Source of the DNA: Candidatus Krumholzibacteriia bacterium | GTDB lineage: Bacteria > Krumholzibacteriota > Krumholzibacteriia > LZORAL124-64-63 | Assembly: GCA_050174015.1 (NCBI GenBank) | Contig: JBFXKG010000002.1 | Span: 32,001-96,000, forward strand | DNA length: 64,000 nucleotides | Direction of reading: 5' to 3' | In this document: positions 1 through 10,226 of the stretch, one piece after another | How the letters are laid out: every line of letters starts with the position of its first letter | Numbering within the stretch: position 1 is the first letter of the stretch | Position numbers and translations under genes: made by a program | Notes under the pieces: model-generated | What the model was told of the DNA's origin: nothing | Database searches by the model: none | Seen by the model: only the letters and a program-made list of their open reading frames with translations

Positions 1-441
1 CTGTCGGCACGGGAGATGTGCCGGACCGCCAACCCCCGGCTCTACATCCTGTCCCGGGCCACCGACCAGCGGGCCGGCCTGAAGATCGAGCGGGCCGGGG
101 CCGACCGGGTCATCTCTCCCTACGTGATCGGGGGCATGCGCCTGGTGCAGGCCCTGCTGCGGCCCACCGTGTACGACTTCGTCGACCTGGCCACCCACAG
201 CGGGGGCCTGGACCTGATGTTCGAGGAGCTGACCATCGGGTCGGGATCGGGGCTGGAGGGCGTGGCCATCAAGGATTCGGGGATACGGAAGAACTACGAC
301 GTGATCGTCATCGGCATCAAGAGCGCCTCGGGGGCCATGACCTTCAATCCCGGGCCCGGCACCATCCTGCATACGGACGACGTCCTGATCACCCTGGGCG
401 ACAAGAGCCAGCTGGTGCGCCTGGGGGCAGCCCTGGCCTGA
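1..441 (+). CDS. Potassium channel/TrkA-family protein, C-terminal part (RCK N end and TrkA-C domain); 5' end outside the window
   Basis: Frame open from base 1. 'RAGADRVISPYVIGG' and 'DSGIRKNYDVIVIGIK..MTFNPGP..LHTDDVLITLG' are typical RCK/TrkA-C sequence. Confidence 0.85.
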   Translation: MSAREMCRTANPRLYILSRATDQRAGLKIERAGADRVISPYVIGGMRLVQALLRPTVYDFVDLATHSGGLDLMFEELTIGSGSGLEGVAIKDSGIRKNYDVIVIGIKSASGAMTFNPGPGTILHTDDVLITLGDKSQLVRLGAALA

Positions 442-540
442 GCGGGCTCGGGTGGGGCGGAAATCGAAACCTTGACTAGAATTGTCATGGATGCGGCCCC
501 GTCGGAGCCGCCCGGTTGTCGCCCTGCGGGAGGAGAGGCC

Positions 541-1476
<936 letters not shown>

Positions 1477-1480
1477 GGCC

Positions 1481-2398
1481 ATGACCCCCGAGGAACGCAG
1501 CCGCACCCTCCGCGACCTGACCGCGGCCATGGTGGAGTCGTACCAAAGGCTCGGCGGCATCAACCGCCTGGGCGACAGGGATCTGCCCAGCCATCGCTCC
1601 ATCGTGACACTGCTTGAGGAACTCCAGACCCTGATGTTCCCCGGCTACTTCGGCGACGTGGTGCCGCGGGAGGCCGACCTGGAGATGCTGGTCGGGGCCC
1701 GGCTGGACGCGGTCGGGCGCCAGCTCGACGGGGTCATCGAAAGGACCTTGCGGTTCTGCCGCCACACCGCCTGCAGGTGCGAGGAGATCTGGCAGCTGGC
1801 CGGTTCCCCGCCTCCGGACCAGCTGTTCGGCGCGGCGGCCCGCCAGGTGACGCGCCTGTATCTCGACCAGCTGCCAGGAATCAGGGACCTGCTCGACACC
1901 GACGTCCAGGCCGCCTTCGAGGGCGACCCCGCGGCCAACAACACCGAGGAGATCATCCTCTGCTACCCGGGGGTCACGGCGATCCTGGTCCACCGGCTGG
2001 CCCATCCGCTCTACCGGCTGGGAGTGCCCCTGCTGCCGCGCATCATGAGCGAGTGGGCGCACCACCGCACGGGCGTGGACATCCACCCGGGGGCGGAGAT
2101 CGGGCCCAGTTTCTTCATCGATCACGGGACCGGGGTGGTGATCGGCGAGACCACGCGGATCGGCGAGCGGGTCAAGATCTACCAGGGGGTCACCCTGGGG
2201 GCCCTGAGCTTTCCCCGCAATCCCGACGGCACCCTGGTCAAGGGAGGCAAGCGCCACCCGACCATCGGCGACCGGGTCACCATCTACGCCAACGCCACCA
2301 TCCTGGGGGGAGAGACGGTCATCGGTGACGGCGCCGTCATCGGAGGGGGAACCTGGATCACGGCCTCGGTGCCGCCGGGGGCGAAGGTCCTGTCCTGA
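1481..2398 (+). CDS. cysE: Serine O-acetyltransferase (long EpsC/CysE type)
   Basis: 'GDPAA', 'DIHPGAEIG..FFIDHGTGVVIGET', 'KRHPTIGD' left-handed beta-helix motifs; 4 bp downstream of cysK. Confidence 0.93.
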   Translation: MTPEERSRTLRDLTAAMVESYQRLGGINRLGDRDLPSHRSIVTLLEELQTLMFPGYFGDVVPREADLEMLVGARLDAVGRQLDGVIERTLRFCRHTACRCEEIWQLAGSPPPDQLFGAAARQVTRLYLDQLPGIRDLLDTDVQAAFEGDPAANNTEEIILCYPGVTAILVHRLAHPLYRLGVPLLPRIMSEWAHHRTGVDIHPGAEIGPSFFIDHGTGVVIGETTRIGERVKIYQGVTLGALSFPRNPDGTLVKGGKRHPTIGDRVTIYANATILGGETVIGDGAVIGGGTWITASVPPGAKVLS

Positions 2399-2407
2399 AA
2401 GCAGCCG

Positions 2408-3802
2408 CTACTTCCAGTGGGTCGAGATGAACTGGTCCACCTCGGGGATGCCGCCCTGGAACACCAGGTACCCGTTGTGGGGTTCGCGCTCGGTGATCTC
2501 GCCGGCCACGGGAGTCAGCATGATCCGCTTGACCTCCTCGCGGTCCCGGGACTGCCCCAGGGCCCACCCCAGCTTCACGTAGGCCACCTCCGGCAGCATG
2601 TTCGCCGCGGGAGTCACTCCGAGGCCCATGATCTCGCGCCCGGTCTCGTACACGTACATCTGCACGTAGCCCCACAGGGTCTGCACGGTCATGTAGACGT
2701 GGACTCCGGCGTCGTACGCCCGCTGGAGCGCGGGATACAGCGGCTTGTTGACGTGGCCCAGGCCGGTGCCGGCGATGATGATCCCCTTGTAGCCGTTGGC
2801 GACCAGGGAGTCGATGACGTCGGGCTTCATCGCCGGATAGTAGTAGACCAGCGAGACCCGGTCGTCGAAGACGGCCTTCAGGTCGACCCGGTTGTCGTCG
2901 CGCCGCCGCTTGTAGTCCTCCCGGAAGGGGGTGACCCCGGAGGCGGGATCGACCTTGCCCAGGGGGACGTCGCCGAGGGTGCGGAAGGTCGAGCGGTAGG
3001 ACGAATGCATCTTGCGCACGCGCGTCCCCCGGTGCAGCAACCCGTACTCGTCGCTGGTGGGGCCGAACATGCAGACCATCACCTCGGCGATGTCGCTGGT
3101 GGCCGCGGTGCGCGTGGCGTTGATGAGGTTGATGGCCGCGTCCGAGCTGGGCCGGTCGCTGCTGCGCTGGCTGCCCACCATCACGATGGGCACGGGCGAG
3201 TCCTGCAGCATGAAGCTCAGGGCGGCGGCGGTGTGGTGCATGGTGTCCGTGCCGTGGCCCACCACGATCCCGGCCACGCCCTTCTCGATCTCGGCGGCGA
3301 TGGCCCGGGCCGTCCCCATCCACTGCTCGGGGCCCATGTTCTCGCTGAAGATCCCGTACAGCTTCTCGGTTTCCATGTTGCAGATGTCCGCCAGTTCGGG
3401 CACCGAGCCGTACAGCTCGCCGGGACTGAAGGCGGGGATGACCGCGCCGGTGCGGTAGTCCAGCCGGCTGGCGATGGTGCCCCCGGTGCCGAAAAGCTTG
3501 ACCCGGGGCTTGCCGGGGTCGAAGGGGAACTCCTTCTCGGGGATCTGGTAGTTGGCCACCTTGCGCCCGTGGACGCTGATGGACCGCACGGTGTCGTGGC
3601 GGATCCCGATGTTGTACCCGGTGGCCAGCTTCAGCACGATGTGAAGCTCGTCGGCGGTCTCGCTGCGGGGCAGGATCAGGCCCGTGAAGTCGCCGCGGGT
3701 GGTGTGCAGGGTCACCTGGGACCAGACCGGGGAGCTCTCGCGCTGCAACAGGTCCAGGGTGGGGCTGCGGTAGCCCTTGAAGTCCTCGTGCGTCTGGCTC
3801 AC
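2408..3802 (-). CDS. gatD: Glu-tRNA(Gln) amidotransferase subunit D (glutaminase)
   Basis: Type I asparaginase motifs 'TGGTIASR' and 'HGTDT', GatD-type 'SQRSSDRPSSD', and an N-terminal extension 'HIVLKLATGYNIGI'. Overlaps gatE by 4 bp. Confidence 0.92.
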   Translation of the reverse strand: MSQTHEDFKGYRSPTLDLLQRESSPVWSQVTLHTTRGDFTGLILPRSETADELHIVLKLATGYNIGIRHDTVRSISVHGRKVANYQIPEKEFPFDPGKPRVKLFGTGGTIASRLDYRTGAVIPAFSPGELYGSVPELADICNMETEKLYGIFSENMGPEQWMGTARAIAAEIEKGVAGIVVGHGTDTMHHTAAALSFMLQDSPVPIVMVGSQRSSDRPSSDAAINLINATRTAATSDIAEVMVCMFGPTSDEYGLLHRGTRVRKMHSSYRSTFRTLGDVPLGKVDPASGVTPFREDYKRRRDDNRVDLKAVFDDRVSLVYYYPAMKPDVIDSLVANGYKGIIIAGTGLGHVNKPLYPALQRAYDAGVHVYMTVQTLWGYVQMYVYETGREIMGLGVTPAANMLPEVAYVKLGWALGQSRDREEVKRIMLTPVAGEITEREPHNGYLVFQGGIPEVDQFISTHWK

Positions 3803-5736
3803 TGGCGGGTCTCCTCGAGGTGTTCGGCGATCCAGCGCCGGACGGCGCTTCCGGGCACGCGGCCGCGGACCGTGGGCATGATCCGTTCCATCAGGGCGTG
3901 TTCATTCCGGGCGGGGTCTTCGGGCAGGCCGCCGTCCGCCAGGGATTCGGTCGCCAGGCCGGCCACCAGGCGCCGGGCCTCGGCTTCGGGCAGGGGAAGG
4001 GCCGGCTCCTCCTCGCTGCACCAGACGGCCTCGGGCAGGATGTCCCCGCGGACGATGCGATCGACGGTCTGTTCCCACCAGGGCCCGGCGGCCCGGAGGC
4101 TCGCAGGCCGGGGGCTGGACCGGTCCTGCAGCAGGCTGGCCAGCTGGTGGGGGCCGAAGGCGGCGGCGCCGGAGGCGTCCAGGCGGGTCCGCAGGGCCTC
4201 GAAGAGGTCGTAGGCGCGGTGGCGGCTCAGGCGCTCGGCCAGATCGGGACCGACGCCCGCCTCGGACAGCAGCCGGCGCCTCTCCCAGGGGGGAGAGGGC
4301 AAGGAGGCCCTGATGGCGTCCACCCGCTCGTCGCTCAACCCGATGGGCGGCAGATCGGTGTCCGGGTACATGCGGTCGGCGCCCGGCAGGACGCGCTCGA
4401 AGCCGTTGGTCCCGTCGTCCAGGGCCTGCCGGGTCTCCTGGGGGACGCCGGCGACGGCCTCCCGGGCTCTGATGGCGATCTCCTTCCCGGCGGTCCGGGT
4501 GTCGCGCTCGGGCCCCCAGACCAGGACCACCGGCACGTCCTGGCCCACCTTGCAGACGTTGGCCACCCGGTTCCAGTCCCGGCTGCTGAGGGTCGGGACG
4601 TCCTGGGTCGACAGGGCCAGGTTGGGCAGGTCGTCGATGCAGGCGATCACGCGGATGCGGTCGCTGAATTCCTTCAGGAAGCTGGTGCGGGGCTGGGTCT
4701 GGACCTCGAGGAGTCCCTGGAACCCGGGCAGGGGGATGGCCATGACGGACGCCCCCTTGTCCACGGCCTTGCGGATGAACCGGCACTCGGTGCCGCGCAC
4801 GATGGCCGTCACGTCGAATCCCGTGTCGGCGATGTCGTCGGCGGTGATCCCCCGCCGCTGGAGCTCCCCGCGGATGCCGAGCAGGGTGCGCTGGCGCAGC
4901 GCCTCGTTGTGGGTGAGGCGGGGGATGGCCCTCAGGCTGGGGACGCCCTTGATCTCGATGCGCGTCCCGCCCGTGACCGAGACGTTGACGTCCTGGCGGG
5001 CTGCCCCGCTGCCGGTGCGGACCATGCCGCTGGACCGGCACAGGTGGCGCAGCACCTGGCCGACAGCCATGGCTTCCTCCGGGGTCTTCATGTCGGGGTC
5101 GGTGACGGTCTCGATCAGGGGCATGCCCAGGCGGTCGGTCCGGTAGACCCGAACGTGGCCCTGGTCGCTGACTTCCCGGCAGGAATCCTCCTCGATGCTG
5201 AGCTGGCGGATGTGTACTGTGCGGTCCCGGAAGGGGACGTCGCCGTCGGTGCCGATGATGGCGGTCCGCTGGAAACCGGTGGGAATGCTGCCGTCCAGGT
5301 ACTGCTTGCGGGTGATGTGCACCTCGCTGACCACGTTGCAGCCGAGCATCATGGTGATGGCGATGCTGATGTCCAGGGCCTCGTCGTCCATCTCGAACGG
5401 GGGGGCGTCGTCCATCTCGTAGGTGCAGACCGTGTTCTGGTTGAGGTGGTAGATGATCTCCTTGCGGGTCTTGAACTCCATCAGGGCGGTGCCGTCGTAC
5501 TCGCCCATCTCCGAGAGGGTGGGCCGCATGTGCCGCAGCACCTCGGCCTGGTGTTCGCCCTGGTTGTACTGCCCGGCCGGGCAGCGGCAGAACAGCTTCC
5601 GCCTGGTCAGCAGTTGCTGGTGAACCTCGAGTCCGCACATGAATCCGAGCGCGGCGTAGTCCGCGGGTCCCAGTTCCCCGTAAAGGGGCAACGGATTCAG
5701 GAGCCAGGGATCCTCGATCAGGAAACGGTTACCCAT
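3799..5736 (-). CDS. gatE: Glu-tRNA(Gln) amidotransferase subunit E
   Basis: 'CGLEVHQQL..KLFCRCP', 'LRHMRPTLSEMGEYD', 'RKQYLDGSIPTGFQRT', 'DRLGMPLIE', 'RQDVNVS..GTRIEIKGV', AspRS-like insertion, 'PGADRMYPDTDLPP'. Start placed at ATG 5736. Confidence 0.92.
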   Translation of the reverse strand: MGNRFLIEDPWLLNPLPLYGELGPADYAALGFMCGLEVHQQLLTRRKLFCRCPAGQYNQGEHQAEVLRHMRPTLSEMGEYDGTALMEFKTRKEIIYHLNQNTVCTYEMDDAPPFEMDDEALDISIAITMMLGCNVVSEVHITRKQYLDGSIPTGFQRTAIIGTDGDVPFRDRTVHIRQLSIEEDSCREVSDQGHVRVYRTDRLGMPLIETVTDPDMKTPEEAMAVGQVLRHLCRSSGMVRTGSGAARQDVNVSVTGGTRIEIKGVPSLRAIPRLTHNEALRQRTLLGIRGELQRRGITADDIADTGFDVTAIVRGTECRFIRKAVDKGASVMAIPLPGFQGLLEVQTQPRTSFLKEFSDRIRVIACIDDLPNLALSTQDVPTLSSRDWNRVANVCKVGQDVPVVLVWGPERDTRTAGKEIAIRAREAVAGVPQETRQALDDGTNGFERVLPGADRMYPDTDLPPIGLSDERVDAIRASLPSPPWERRRLLSEAGVGPDLAERLSRHRAYDLFEALRTRLDASGAAAFGPHQLASLLQDRSSPRPASLRAAGPWWEQTVDRIVRGDILPEAVWCSEEEPALPLPEAEARRLVAGLATESLADGGLPEDPARNEHALMERIMPTVRGRVPGSAVRRWIAEHLEETRQ

Positions 5737-5906
5737 GATCACCCGTCCAGGTCGGTTCTGCTCGGTTTCCGGATATGTCGGTCGCTTTGTCCGTCTTTGG
5801 CGCAGGCGATGGACCGGGCAAAGATATGGGGCGCAGGGACAAAGCTCCAATAAATCTTGATCCCGGCGGCGCCGCGGCGGAACCCGCCGCCGGTTCGTTG
5901 GCCCCC

Positions 5907-5997
5907 TTGACGAAAATTGACAGGTGAAGTACAGTATGCTGTCAAAACCGTAACAGAATCCGCTGCGGTTGTAGACCGAATGTTAATCCAATCACAT
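5907..5997 (+). promoter_or_regulatory. Putative sigma70 promoter of rex with a Rex-box-like operator
   Basis: TTGACG(5907)-N17-TACAGT(5930). ATGTTAA-TCCA-ATCACAT (5980-5997) resembles the Rex consensus TTGTGAA-N4-TTCACAA and lies just before the GGAGG at 6001. Confidence 0.55.
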
Positions 5998-6012
5998 GCT
6001 GGAGGCCCCAGG

Positions 6013-6678
6013 TTGAGAAAGAAGCGCAAGGGTTGCGACGTCCCCGATGCCACCATCCACCGGCTGCCCCTGTACCTGGAGAAGCTGAAGCTGCTGCAGG
6101 CCATCGGAGTCGAGGACGTGTCGAGCCGCCAGCTCGCCGAATCCCTGGACATCAAGGCCAGCCAGTTGCGCCATGATTTCCATTACTTCGGGGGATTCAG
6201 CCGGCCGGGCCGACCCTACCAGGTGGCCAAGCTGGTGCCGGCTCTCGAGCAGATCATCGGCATCGCCGAGCCGGTGCCGACGGTGATCGTCGGGGCGGGC
6301 CACCTGGGCCAGGCCCTGGCCAACTACCAGAACCTGGACGTCCAGGGATTCCCCGTGCGGGGCATCTTCGACGTCAATCCCAAGCTACGCGGCCTCGAGA
6401 TCCGCGGCCAGCCCATCCGGGACATGGACGAGATGGAGTCGGTGATCCGCAAGGAGAACGTCCGGATCGCCATCCTGACCGTTCCGGCCGCCCACGCCCA
6501 GGCGGTCACCGACCGGCTGGTCGCAGCCGGCGTGGTGGGGATCTTCAACTTCGCCCCCACCGACCTGAAGGTTCCCGACGGTGTGGCCGTCCGCAACGAG
6601 CGGCTCGCGGTCGGCATCATGGCCCTGAGCTTCAAGGTCAAGTGCATCCTGCAGGGTGAGGACGCGGAACTGGCCTGA
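6013..6678 (+). CDS. rex: Redox-sensing transcriptional repressor Rex
   Basis: 'VPDATIHRLPLY..VSSRQLA..SQLRHDF', Rossmann 'VGAGHLGQAL', 'IFNFAP'. TTG start 7 nt after GGAGG. Confidence 0.93.
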   Translation: MRKKRKGCDVPDATIHRLPLYLEKLKLLQAIGVEDVSSRQLAESLDIKASQLRHDFHYFGGFSRPGRPYQVAKLVPALEQIIGIAEPVPTVIVGAGHLGQALANYQNLDVQGFPVRGIFDVNPKLRGLEIRGQPIRDMDEMESVIRKENVRIAILTVPAAHAQAVTDRLVAAGVVGIFNFAPTDLKVPDGVAVRNERLAVGIMALSFKVKCILQGEDAELA

Positions 6679-6702
6679 TACCCCTGCGGCTCGCTGAAAA
6701 CA

Positions 6703-6726
6703 GCCCCCGCCGTCAACGGCGGGGGC
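6703..6726. terminator. Hairpin between convergent rex and fabH
   Basis: GCCCCCGCCG-TCAA-CGGCGGGGGC perfect 10-bp stem with A/T tracts nearby. Confidence 0.75.
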
Positions 6727-6752
6727 CGTCTCTTTGCGGGGTCTGCGGGCGA

Positions 6753-7766
6753 TCACCAGCGGATGAGGTTGGCCCCCCAGGTGAAGCCCGAGCCGAAGGC
6801 CACCGTCACCACGAGGTGGCCGCGGCGGAGCCTGCCCTCGCGCACGGCCTCGGCCAGGGCGATGGGAATGGTGGCGGCGGTGGTGTTGCCGTATTTCGCG
6901 ATGTTGCTGAACACCTTTTCGGGGGCCAGGCCCATGCGGGCGCCCACCGCTTCGGTGATGCGCTGGTTGGCCTGGTGGGGGACCAGCAGGTCGACGTCGC
7001 CGATGGCGGCCCCGCCTTTTTCCAGGACCTCCTCGATGGCCTCGCAGAACCTGCGGATGGCGTGCTTGAAGACCAGGGATCCGTCCATGGTCGGGTGGTG
7101 CTGTCCCTGGGCCAGATGTTCGGGAGTGATTCGGCCGGGGACCACGGCCTCGGGCGACCGCAGCATCAGGTCATGGGCGAAACGCCCCTGGCTGTGCAGG
7201 ACCGAGGCCAGCACGCCGCGCCCGGGTTCGTCGCAGGCCTGGACCACGGCAGCCCCGGCGCCGTCGCCGAACAGCACGGCCATCTCCCTGCCCCTGGTGG
7301 AGAGATCCAGGGCGGTGGACTGGATCTCGCCCCCGATCACCAGCACCGTGCGGGCGATGCCCGCCTGGATGAAACCGTCCGCAGCGGCGAGTCCGTACAC
7401 GAACCCGGTGCACTGGTTGCGGATGTCCATGGCGCCGGCCGTCTTGAGGCCGAGGAGATCCTCGATGAAGACCCCGTTGCCGGGAAAGAAGACGTCGGGA
7501 TTCAGGGTGGCGTAGATGATCTGATCGATGGCGGCGGGTTCGATGGCGGCGTCCTCGATGGCCATGCGGGCAGCCCGTGCGCCCATCTCGGCCCCGGATT
7601 CGACGGTGCGGCCGTCGGCGCCGATCTCGAGCCAGCGTCGCTCCCTGATCCCGCTGCGCTGGGTGATCCACTCGTCCGAGGTGTCCATCCAGGCGGTCAG
7701 GTCCTCGTTGGTGACGACCCGCTGCGGCACGTGGAACCCCGTGCCGATGATGGCGGCTCTGGTCAT
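6753..7766 (-). CDS. fabH: 3-oxoacyl-ACP synthase III
   Basis: Cys-His-Asn triad motifs 'NQCTGF', 'PHQAN', 'YGNTTAA'; also 'LFGDGAGA' and 'AFGSGFTWG'. Confidence 0.93.
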   Translation of the reverse strand: MTRAAIIGTGFHVPQRVVTNEDLTAWMDTSDEWITQRSGIRERRWLEIGADGRTVESGAEMGARAARMAIEDAAIEPAAIDQIIYATLNPDVFFPGNGVFIEDLLGLKTAGAMDIRNQCTGFVYGLAAADGFIQAGIARTVLVIGGEIQSTALDLSTRGREMAVLFGDGAGAAVVQACDEPGRGVLASVLHSQGRFAHDLMLRSPEAVVPGRITPEHLAQGQHHPTMDGSLVFKHAIRRFCEAIEEVLEKGGAAIGDVDLLVPHQANQRITEAVGARMGLAPEKVFSNIAKYGNTTAATIPIALAEAVREGRLRRGHLVVTVAFGSGFTWGANLIRW

Positions 7767-7780
7767 GGCTTCTCCTCGGA

Positions 7781-8539
7781 TTACCGGTGGACCGGAATGG
7801 CCGCCGGAATGTGTTTCCTGTTCTGCTTGATGAAGGCCTCGGCCGTCGCGCGGTCGGGGAAGTAGCCGATCCGGACCCGGAAGATCATGGATGAGTCGGC
7901 CATGTTGGCCACCTTGACCCGGGCGTCCCAGCCCATCTTCTGCAGGCGGGCGGCCTCGAGGTCGGCGTTGGCCGCATCGCCGAACGATCCCACCTGGACC
8001 AGGTAGGGACCTTCCTCCTGGGGCGCGATGGGGGCCGGTTCGTCGGCGGGGACGGCGGGCGGCGTGGTTTTCGCCGCCGGGCGGTCCGCGGCGGTGGTCC
8101 CGACGCCGGCATCCTGGGCCGGGCCTTCCGTCGGCGCCTCGGGGGATTCGGGGGTCAGGTTGACGAGCTTGACGCCCCCGTCCGCGTCCGATGCGGGTTT
8201 CTTCGCGGCGGTCTCGGGGGTTTCCGGGGTGAGCCGGGTGCCGACGTCGGCCACGTCGACCTCGCCGGACCGCTGGACCGGGGGAGCGCCGAGGGAGTCG
8301 CCGGCGACGTCCAGGGAGTCGGTCCCCGCAGGCCCGGTATCCTCGCCCGGAACGGTGATGACCGTCCGGGACTCGCCGATCCCCGTGGGGACGTCGCCCC
8401 CGGGCGAGCGGAACAGCAGGGCCGCCCCGATGATGCAGACGGCAAGCCCCAGCCAGATGATCTTCGGCGTTTCCCTGCGGGAACCGCCGTGGTTCTTGCG
8501 CTTTCCGGTCTGGAGCAGTTCGTCGTCCTTGCGGGCCAT
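7781..8539 (-). CDS. Membrane-anchored SPOR-domain (peptidoglycan-binding) protein
   Basis: N-terminal TM helix, Pro/Ala-rich linker, C-terminal 'YLVQVGSF..FRVRIGYF'. Confidence 0.85.
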   Translation of the reverse strand: MARKDDELLQTGKRKNHGGSRRETPKIIWLGLAVCIIGAALLFRSPGGDVPTGIGESRTVITVPGEDTGPAGTDSLDVAGDSLGAPPVQRSGEVDVADVGTRLTPETPETAAKKPASDADGGVKLVNLTPESPEAPTEGPAQDAGVGTTAADRPAAKTTPPAVPADEPAPIAPQEEGPYLVQVGSFGDAANADLEAARLQKMGWDARVKVANMADSSMIFRVRIGYFPDRATAEAFIKQNRKHIPAAIPVHR

Positions 8540-8540
8540 G

Positions 8541-9992
8541 TCACACTTCCTGTTCAGGCGAGTCGGGACGGATCATGCTGAAAGAAACGGTCGCCGCGAG
8601 CGATAGCAAGAATCCCGGGATCATCTCGTAAAGCAGCCCGTTGAGCACGGGAATATTGTACCAGAGAATGACGGTGACGGTTCCGGTGATGAATCCGGCC
8701 AGGGTCCCGGCCCTGCTGACGCCGCGCCAGTGCAGGGAAAGCAGCAGGGGCGGACCGAAGGCCGAGCCCAGCCCCGCCCAGGCGTAAAGGACCATGTTGT
8801 AGACGAAATCGTCCGCCTTCCAGGCCAGGAGGAAGGCGAGGGCCCCCACGCCGATGGTGGCCCATCGCCCGATCGCCACCAGCCGGCGCTCGGAGGCCCG
8901 GGGATCGATCATGCGGCGGTAGATGTCCTCGCTGACGGCGCTGGCGCTGGCCAGAAGCTGGCTGTCGGCGGTGGACATCATGGCGGCGATGGCGCCGACG
9001 ATCATCAGCACCGCCAGCCACTCGGGCATGAACGATCTGGCCATCAGGGGCATGAGCTGCTCCTGGTCGGCGATGAGCCGGCCGTCTCCCATCGCCTCGG
9101 GGCCGAACCAGGCCAGACCCGTCAGTCCGATCAGGATGGCTCCCAGGAAGGCGATGACCGCCCAGCCGACCGCGATGAAGCGTCCCTTGCGCACGTCCCG
9201 GGGCGAGGTGATGGCCATGAACCGCAGCACCAGGTGGGGCTGCCCCATGTAGCCCAGGCCGATGGCCAGGCTCCCCAGCACCCCGCTGGCCGCCGCCCAG
9301 GCCGAGTTGCCGGGGGCCGGGTCGAGGAAGGATCCCCCGAAATCCGCCAGCCTGGCCTGAAGGACGCCCGGCCCGCCGAGTTCGGCCAGGACGGCCAGCG
9401 GCAGGACGGCCAGGGTCGCCAGCATGATGATCCCCTGGATCAGGTCGGTCCAGGACACGGCGAGCAGGCCGCCGGCGGCCGTGTAGAACAGCACCAGCAC
9501 CGCCCCGATGGCCATGCCCCAGATGGGCGGGATCTCCAGGTAGAAGTTCAGGACCTTGCCCGCGGCCAGGAACTGGGCCGCGACGTAGAAGGTGAAGAAG
9601 AACAGGATGATGACCGTCGCGACGGAGCGCAGGATGCGGCTCGAGTCACGGAAGCGGGACTCGAAGTAGTCGGCCAGGGTCAGGGAATCGAACCGCTCGG
9701 TCTCCTCCCGCAGGCGGCGGGCGATCGCCATCCAGCTGAAGGCGATCCCTGTGCAGCAGCCCACGCCGACCCAGACGGCACCCGCCCCGGTGGCGAAGGC
9801 CAGGCCCGGCAGCCCGATGAGCAGCCAGGCCGATTCCCCGCTGGCGCGCTCGCTGAAGGCGGCCACCCAGGGACCGAGACGGCGGCCGGCCAGCAGGTAG
9901 TCGCCCAGGGTGCGGTTGCTGCGTGCGGCGAGGACGCCGACCCCCAGGATGACGACGCTGTAGAGAATCATGCTGAGAACGAGGGGATTCAC
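8541..9992 (-). CDS. putP: Sodium/proline symporter (SSS family)
   Basis: 'DYLLAGRRLGPWV..SGESAWLLIGLPG', 'GGLLAVSWTD', 'GYMGQPH..RFMA', 'AAMMSTADSQL'. GTG start after GGAGG. Confidence 0.88.
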   Translation of the reverse strand: MNPLVLSMILYSVVILGVGVLAARSNRTLGDYLLAGRRLGPWVAAFSERASGESAWLLIGLPGLAFATGAGAVWVGVGCCTGIAFSWMAIARRLREETERFDSLTLADYFESRFRDSSRILRSVATVIILFFFTFYVAAQFLAAGKVLNFYLEIPPIWGMAIGAVLVLFYTAAGGLLAVSWTDLIQGIIMLATLAVLPLAVLAELGGPGVLQARLADFGGSFLDPAPGNSAWAAASGVLGSLAIGLGYMGQPHLVLRFMAITSPRDVRKGRFIAVGWAVIAFLGAILIGLTGLAWFGPEAMGDGRLIADQEQLMPLMARSFMPEWLAVLMIVGAIAAMMSTADSQLLASASAVSEDIYRRMIDPRASERRLVAIGRWATIGVGALAFLLAWKADDFVYNMVLYAWAGLGSAFGPPLLLSLHWRGVSRAGTLAGFITGTVTVILWYNIPVLNGLLYEMIPGFLLSLAATVSFSMIRPDSPEQEV

Positions 9993-10226
9993 CTGCCCTC
10001 CTTGAATCGGTGACGGACCTGCTGCGGCTGGCCGGGCCGGATCATAGTCCCCATCCCACGCCGGGATCAACGGTTCATCCTCGCTCCAGCCTTCCGTTGG
10101 CGGGCGCCGCGTTCGATGGTATCCTGAGAAGAGCTTCCGTCGGCCCGGATCCTTCAGCCCGCATGCGACCTGAAAGGCCCGGGCCGGACTTCACGACGAG
10201 CCCTCGCCGGGCGGAGGTGCAAGCGC

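Noticed and set aside
3799..5736. Ordinary GatB plus L-asparaginase
   Set aside because: GatE-specific motifs, the AspRS-like insertion, the GatD N-terminal domain and the coupling of the two genes indicate GatDE.
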